From Lophium mytilinum (Eukaryota): a stretch of DNA of 64,000 nucleotides. This document shows, in pieces, positions 57,799-64,000 of this stretch (its first letter is position 1; each line of letters opens with the position of its first letter). The notes beneath the pieces are model-generated. The model was not told the DNA's origin, did not search any database, and worked only from the letters and a program-made list of their open reading frames with translations. Both the position numbers and the translations under genes were made by a program. The stretch is taken from positions 1,757,334 to 1,821,333 of the forward strand of contig MU004185.1 in assembly GCA_010093605.1 (NCBI GenBank), in the 5' to 3' direction.

Positions 57799-59928
57799 AT
57801 GGACGTCCGCAAATGGCTCGACGAGGTAGTGCATCCAGAGAAGGCAGCGAGCCTCCCCGACCAGCTAGGGCTGCCCCAGTTCCTCCATCCCAAAAGAGAC
57901 AGACAGGATCCTTCAGACCAGGCCGGCGCCCCTGCACCTGCTCGCAAACATGGGCGCAAGGACAGGTCGGCCGCCTCAGACAGCTCCATTCTGCAGGCTC
58001 GACAGCACCGCACACGAAAGGATGCATCCGAACACGACGCACCTGTCATCGCCGGCGCTAATCGAGCCTCGTCGCCTGCAGAGCATCGCTCCGATCACTC
58101 CTCATCGGTGAGCGTTGCATCAGACCACCGATATGAACGGAAGCCAAGGCACAAGACGCGGCCCGACCTGTACGAGCCCAAGCAGGATGCCTCAAATGAG
58201 CGGGGAAGCCGGAAACACAGGAGGGGCAAGGACGAATCAAGGAAAGAGAAGAGAAAGTCGCGACGGAAGAAGACGGACAACCCGGGCGCTGGCCTGGTCC
58301 AGAGTTTTCATGCAAACAATGTGCCCAGAGACCGCTTGACCGTGAGAGCACACTTGCATGCCATTTAGCCAGGACGGCGCTGATGATTGGTGCAGTTGAA
58401 ACCACGAGAAAAACTCGGCATTTTCAACAAGGGGCGCGCATCAACGCCTGTCAAAGGCCGTGGCCGTAAGCGACCCTCCCGCCATATATGCTTGCTGGCC
58501 CCTTACTGACGCGATATAGTCCCTGACCTGGTTTTCTCCGAGATGAAATTCCTGCAGAAACGAAAAGATGCCCCAGAAGAGACACATAAGGAGGAGGAAA
58601 CAAGAAAGAGGCGAAAGAAAGACCATGCGCAGGCAAACGAACACGAAATGTCTGCATACTTCACCTCTCTCCGGCCACCGCTAGCCGAAAAGGACACCAA
58701 CGTCCAATCCCATCGGCCCCCCTCCCACCATTATCGTACACTCGTGCCGGCAAACGAACACAAGAAGCTAAGATCAGCTAGTATCGAGTCTCCTATACCC
58801 ACCGTAGAGTTACCAGAGAAGCCGTACTTAGGATTCGGGGGCAGAGGCGCCCGGCACGAGAGCGGCTACCTGTCATGGTCGGAGACTGACCGGCTAGCTA
58901 CTCAATCACCCGTCTTTCGGCGAGCCCTGACAACTATAGATGTTGGTCAATTAGAAGCAGCGCATCGTAAGCAGAACGATATCAATGCGACGACCAAAGG
59001 CCCTTTTCAGAGACCTACAAGCTTCAAGTCACCCAGCCATCACACTCCTGATGACAGGAACAGTCGGCCGAGGGTGACTTCGTCGCTCCCCGCCAGCTTT
59101 TCGACGCGTCGTCCACCGTCTCGTGGTAAGTCCCAGCGACCACGATCAGATCCTCAAAAACTGGCAAGAGTGTCAAAACAGAACATGGAAGAGCCGGAGA
59201 CCTCCCCAGAAGTGGCTGCAGCTCCACCTCGCAAAGAGCGGAAAAGGGTGACACATCGACAACCGGTAGCGGAGAGTTGTTCAGACTCGAAGCCAAGTGA
59301 TGATGAAGCTCGCGAAGGAAGTCGAGGTCAATGCGAACGGAGAGAGCAGGGCACTGATGGGCCAGATCCTGTCATAAAGACTGACCCAGATCCAGACACC
59401 TCTTCTACGTTGGGCAAACTGCTTCAAGAATGTGAATCGGCCGCTGCGCAGAAGGATGCTTGGCCGGATCGACAACGACAACAACATACTGACAGACGGC
59501 CAACAGTCCAGTTCGCTTTTGCTGACAATGGTAGCGAGAGAGGTGAGGATACACTCCATGAGGCACAGCAACTGCATCAGGTCACACTACCGCCGCTTTT
59601 TACCTCGCAGATACGCCCAAACTTTGACCAGGACTTTCCTAACCTTTTCGACGAGCAATTGCAACTCGGCCAGCAGGGCCAACTATTAGACATGTACTCA
59701 GAGGACGCGGACATGGGAGAAATTCAATCGATACTGAGGGCGGACCGTCAGATGGAAAACTATGACGACGGACTGTCGTACTTACCGGACGGAATTTCGT
59801 CAACCGGACTCGGGCATTCGCCAATTGGTGACCCAGATCTGGAGGCTGGCGGTGCACACCGTCAACCTCCACCACCGGCAGAGGAGGGCATCTTTGCGAG
59901 CTTTTGGCGTCCGCATAAACTCTATTGA
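57799..59928 (+). CDS. Hypothetical basic disordered protein, three exons
   Basis: MDVRKWLDEV...NVPRDRLT|LKPREKLGIFNKGRASTPVKGRG|.PDLVFSEMKFL...FWRPHKLY, joined by GT-AG introns. Confidence 0.7.
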
Positions 59929-60354
59929 CGTGAGGTTCGTGTCATGGGCCAGGCCATATTGTATACAAATAGCCCCTTTTAGCACCTTTATATAAGCGAA
60001 AAATTCGGGATCCATTCGTCCTTACAACCTTGGAACAGCGCTCAGCATAACCCTCGGCATGAAAGTCGAGCTCCGCATTCCGCACCTTTTCTTATCCGTC
60101 GATCACGTAATTCGTGTTGTATGAATCTAGGACGCCCATTGAGGCTCAGCGCGGCCGTGAGACCTGAAGTAATAAAGCCCCAGCACTTGGCCGTCTCATG
60201 CAGACTGCCAACCGTGACGTTTGCTACGCTGGCCACGCATAACAGGCCCTCCGCCCGGTACCCCACCACGGCCACTCCCGCCTCACTCGACAAAATTCAG
60301 TCCCGGACGAGACAGCTAGCAGGGCACATCCAACCTTCGCGAACCACAGCAACC

Positions 60355-61476
60355 ATGGCCTCTTCAACTCGCTCTCCCTACACCGCGCGCAAGGTCGGTG
60401 CTGCCAACACCCTCGAGCACCGCGTCTTCATCGAGAAGGATGGCGTCCCGGTGTCGCCCTTCCACGATATTCCTCTGTATGCCAACGAGCAGCAGACCAT
60501 CCTGAACATGGTGGTGGAGGTGCCTCGCTGGACCAATGCGAAGATGGAGGTACGACATCCAGACGCCATTGACTAACTCCCGCACGTCTGCTATACGGAA
60601 ACTGACTCTACCCCGCTTCACAGATTTGCAAAGAGGAGCCCCTCAACCCCATCAAGCAGGACATCAAGAAGGGCAAACTCCGCTTCGTGAGGAACTGCTT
60701 CCCGCACAAGGGCTACCTCTGGAACTACGGGGCATTCCCCCAGGTACGCACCCCCTCCATACCCCTCACCGCTCCACCGCCGAATTCGAATTGACAAGGC
60801 ACACAGACGTGGGAGGACCCCAATGTCATCCACCCGGAGACCAAGGCCAAGGGCGACAACGACCCGCTCGACGTGTGTGAGATCGGCGAGCTGGTGTCCA
60901 AGCCCGGCGACGTCAAGCAGGTCAAGGTGCTCGGCGTCATGGCGCTGCTCGACGAGGAGGAGACGGACTGGAAGATTATCGTTATCGACGTGAACGACCC
61001 GCTGGCCCCGAAGCTCAACGACATCGAGGATGTGGAAAGGCACCTCCCTGGCCTGCTGCGGGCGACCAATGAGTGGTTCCGCATCTACAAGATCCCGGAT
61101 GGCAAGCCGGAGAACCAGTTTGCATTCTCGGGCGAGTGCAAGAACAAGAAGTGAGTTCGCCGATATAACTACAGAGGAATTGAGTCTAATGTGTACAGGT
61201 ACGCTACGGATATCGTCCGCGAGTGCGCTGAGGCTTGGGAGCGGTTGATCACTGGCAAGACTGCTAAGGGCGGCCTTTCTCTGTAAGTGATCCAATGGCA
61301 CACACAATTTAGAACGTATACTGATATCCAGTAGCACCAACGTTTCGGTCCAGCACTCCGCTGACCGCACCGACCCCTCCACCCTCAGCATCCCGCGGGG
61401 CGAGAACCTGGCACCCGCCCCCATCGACCCCAGCATCGACAAATGGTTCTTCATCTCCGGCGCTCCCTCCTCTTAG
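60355..61476 (+). CDS. IPP1: Inorganic pyrophosphatase (family I)
   Basis: [55 protein letters not shown] and [10 protein letters not shown]; several introns. Confidence 0.96.
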
Positions 61477-61761
61477 ACACTAAATCACAGGATTAAATTG
61501 GGAAGGAACACACGGGGGCCGGGACGCGTTACATCATTAACTGAACGCAGGTCACTAGAGATGGGAAGGGGGACCGTATGCAGATCTAGGAGTACAACAC
61601 ACACACGCCTCTTGATGGTGATATAGATAAAAAGCACGCGTCCAAACTATGCTGTGGTTCCGAACTCCTGTGATGCCTTATGCCCCTGTGACTATTTACA
61701 GGACTACAGTTCTTATTCAACATGTTTTTATACAGTGATTGGTAATTGTGTGGGCGTTGAT

Positions 61762-62203
61762 TCATCCACTCAACTCCTCCTTCCGCGCTAATATCCTCGA
61801 ATGCCGATCCACCTCCGCCATTACCTCTGTTGAGCGCATCGTCTCCAGGTCGAGCTTGAGTTCCTTCCCGTCCTCTGTGATCAACAATTAGCCTCAGTTC
61901 AATCCTCGCCCCAATCATTATCCAGAATCCCCACTACTCCCACTATCTCAACCCAATCAATCACCCCGGGACATTATATCTCCCTCCCAACCCGTCCGCA
62001 AGAGTGTAAGGGGTATACATACTAAACTTCACAAACAGCAGCGGCTTCTGCGTGCTCGTGCGCGGCAGAATGGTGTGTTTGATGAGCATGCCGGTGGCGC
62101 GCGCGTCCGGCGGCAGTTGGGCGAGGAAGGTGCGCGCGGTTTTAGAGAGCGGGGAGAAGGGGTTGAAGGAGGTGCGAACTTCGGAGAGGAAGCGGGTGAT
62201 CAT
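61762..62203 (-). CDS. MRPL44: Mitochondrial 54S ribosomal protein L44 (mL53)
   Basis: MITRFLSEVRTSFNPFS...LFVKF|KDGKELKLD...EVDRHSRILARKEELSG*. Confidence 0.88.
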
Positions 62204-62699
62204 GGCGGTGGTTGGGGTGGAAGAGGAGAGTAGCTGAGAGTATTAGATTGGAAGAATGAAGGGGATCATTGGGAGAGGGAGGGCTTACTGTGAGGAGGGG
62301 CGGAGAGCGCAATTGGAGATGCGGGTGTGGGTGCGGGTGGTTTATTGATTTATGGAGGTTTTGCGGAGGGGATCGCGGGTTGTTCTGGTTGGATGGCTTG
62401 GCGTTGGTGGAGGAAACATAGGACGGAGTAGAGTAGACTGTTTATAACTATTCAGTGGTGTATCTTTGTTAAGCATCATCTGAAGTCCCTCAACGTCTAC
62501 TCAACAGTATTGTTTAGAGAGTTTCCACGCCTTCAAAGCTCCTCAGACGTCGTCCAACCCATCTATCACCCTTGTCCCCCAAAGACTCGCAAGAATAACC
62601 GACTACCACCGCATCGTCATGGCCCTGACGATTTAAATGGATGCGGCCCTAACCTAACACCTGGCCTCCCCTCCCCGCGACGACGACCTTCTTTCAACA

Positions 62700-64000
62700 A
62701 TGACCACCCTCGACGACCTCCATGAACTATCCCACCGCCTCTCCAACCTCTTCGACCAAAACAAAGCAGCCCTCCAGCTCATACACCGACTATCAAAACT
62801 CAACTTCGGCACCACCTCCGACGAGAACGGCGTCCGACTCGAGCTCACAGCCGAGATCTCGGAAACCCTAAAGCAAACAGAACTCGACCTCGACGTCGTC
62901 AGAGAAGACGTCGAACTACTAAGCATAACCCGGCCCAACGCTCGAGACCCCCGCCAACAACACCGGGACACCGAAAAAGAGCGCGAGAAGACACGGATAG
63001 CAGTCCAAGTCGCGAAGCTCGCCGAAGACCTGCGGAGGTACGTCTCCCTCACCCTCTCCTCTAGCTGAAACCGCCGTGCTAACGCCCCTCCCAGTACCCG
63101 TACGCAATTCGACAACGCCCAGCGCATCGCGAAGCGCAACGCGGAAGCCGCGAAGCGGAAAGAGCGCGAGCTGCTCTTCGCCGGCGCGCAGAGCGGAACG
63201 ACCACACCCTCATCAGCGTCACGAAGGAAGGGGAAGGATATCTCAGCAGACGAGGTGCTAGTGAACGCGTCGAGCGACGTGACAGCAGCATTACGGCGGA
63301 CACACCAGTTGATGCAATCGGAGCTATCGCGGTCGAGATTCGCACAGGAGACACTCGAGCAGAGCACCGCAGCTTTAGCAGATTTGGGTACGTCATTGGC
63401 ATTCCCGCTGCTGAAACGTGGCATGACGTACGGGGGCTAATATATATATTGCAGGCGACCACTACACTTCCCTCGACGACCTCCTCACCTCCTCCCGCAG
63501 CCTCCTCACAAACCTCGTCAAGTCGCAGAAATCGGATACGTGGTATCTCGAGACTGCGTTCTATATCCTCGTTACTACTATCATCTGGCTCGTCTTTCGA
63601 CGATTCCTTTATGGACCGCTTTGGTGGTTCCTCTACCTCCCGTTGAAGTTAACGTATAAGTTTGCTTTCTGGGTCCTTTCTGTTGTTGGTGTGACCGGCG
63701 GCGCGGCTTCGACGACGTCTGTAGCGATATCGGCGTCGCGGAGTACGAGTTTGATTGTTAAGCCTAGCGCGACGGGTAGACCGCCGGCGAGGATGCCTGG
63801 ACAGCAGCCGTATATGCGTGCTGGGGGTGGTGGGCATGGGGCGAAGAGCGATCCGAGTGATGAGGGGAGCATGTCGAGGCAGGTTGGGCAGATGGCGGAG
63901 TCTACGCAGCAGCAGGAGGGACAGCAAGCTCAGCAAGGACAGCAGCCAGCAGAAGGAGCGAAGGAGCAGCCGAGGAGAGGGGACGGGCAGCCGCTGGTGG
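62700..64000 (+). CDS. SEC20: ER SNARE Sec20; runs off the window end
   Basis: SDVTAALRRTHQLMQSELSRSRFAQETLEQSTAAL...LVKSQKSDTWYLETAFYILVTTIIWLVFRR (SNARE-like helix plus TM). Confidence 0.9.

Noticed and set aside
60618..63424. Long antisense ORFs over IPP1 and SEC20 (also over YTH1 and the MFS gene)
   Set aside because: Shadow ORFs caused by biased codon usage of well-supported sense genes.

Overview
Intron-containing fungal (filamentous ascomycete, probably Dothideomycete-like) genomic DNA. Conserved genes: VPS53, an MFS drug transporter, a GH18 chitinase, YTH1, a BAH-PHD chromatin reader, a Caf120/Skg3-like PH protein, TAF2, an AIM9-like phosphotransferase, a glycine-rich RRM protein, IPP1, MRPL44 and SEC20. 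Accessory features: (1) a stand-alone RNase H gene with its catalytic residues intact, sandwiched between two non-coding degenerate repeat arrays (66-bp and ~204-bp periods) that share the core ACCTCAAACGGTG. A third, inverted mini-array of the same core lies at ~4.3 kb, and a fourth array (135-190 bp period) sharing a GAAGCACCTC-like pseudo-palindrome lies at 19-20.5 kb. (2) A RIP-destroyed D,D37E transposon with perfect TIRs and a non-TA target duplication. (3) Two adjacent HET-domain genes sharing a 45/53-identical intron. One is frameshifted; the other is a chimera that appears to have captured pieces of two host genes. (4) A tandem triplet of F-box-like paralogues. All family assignments come from motif recognition by eye; no searches were run.
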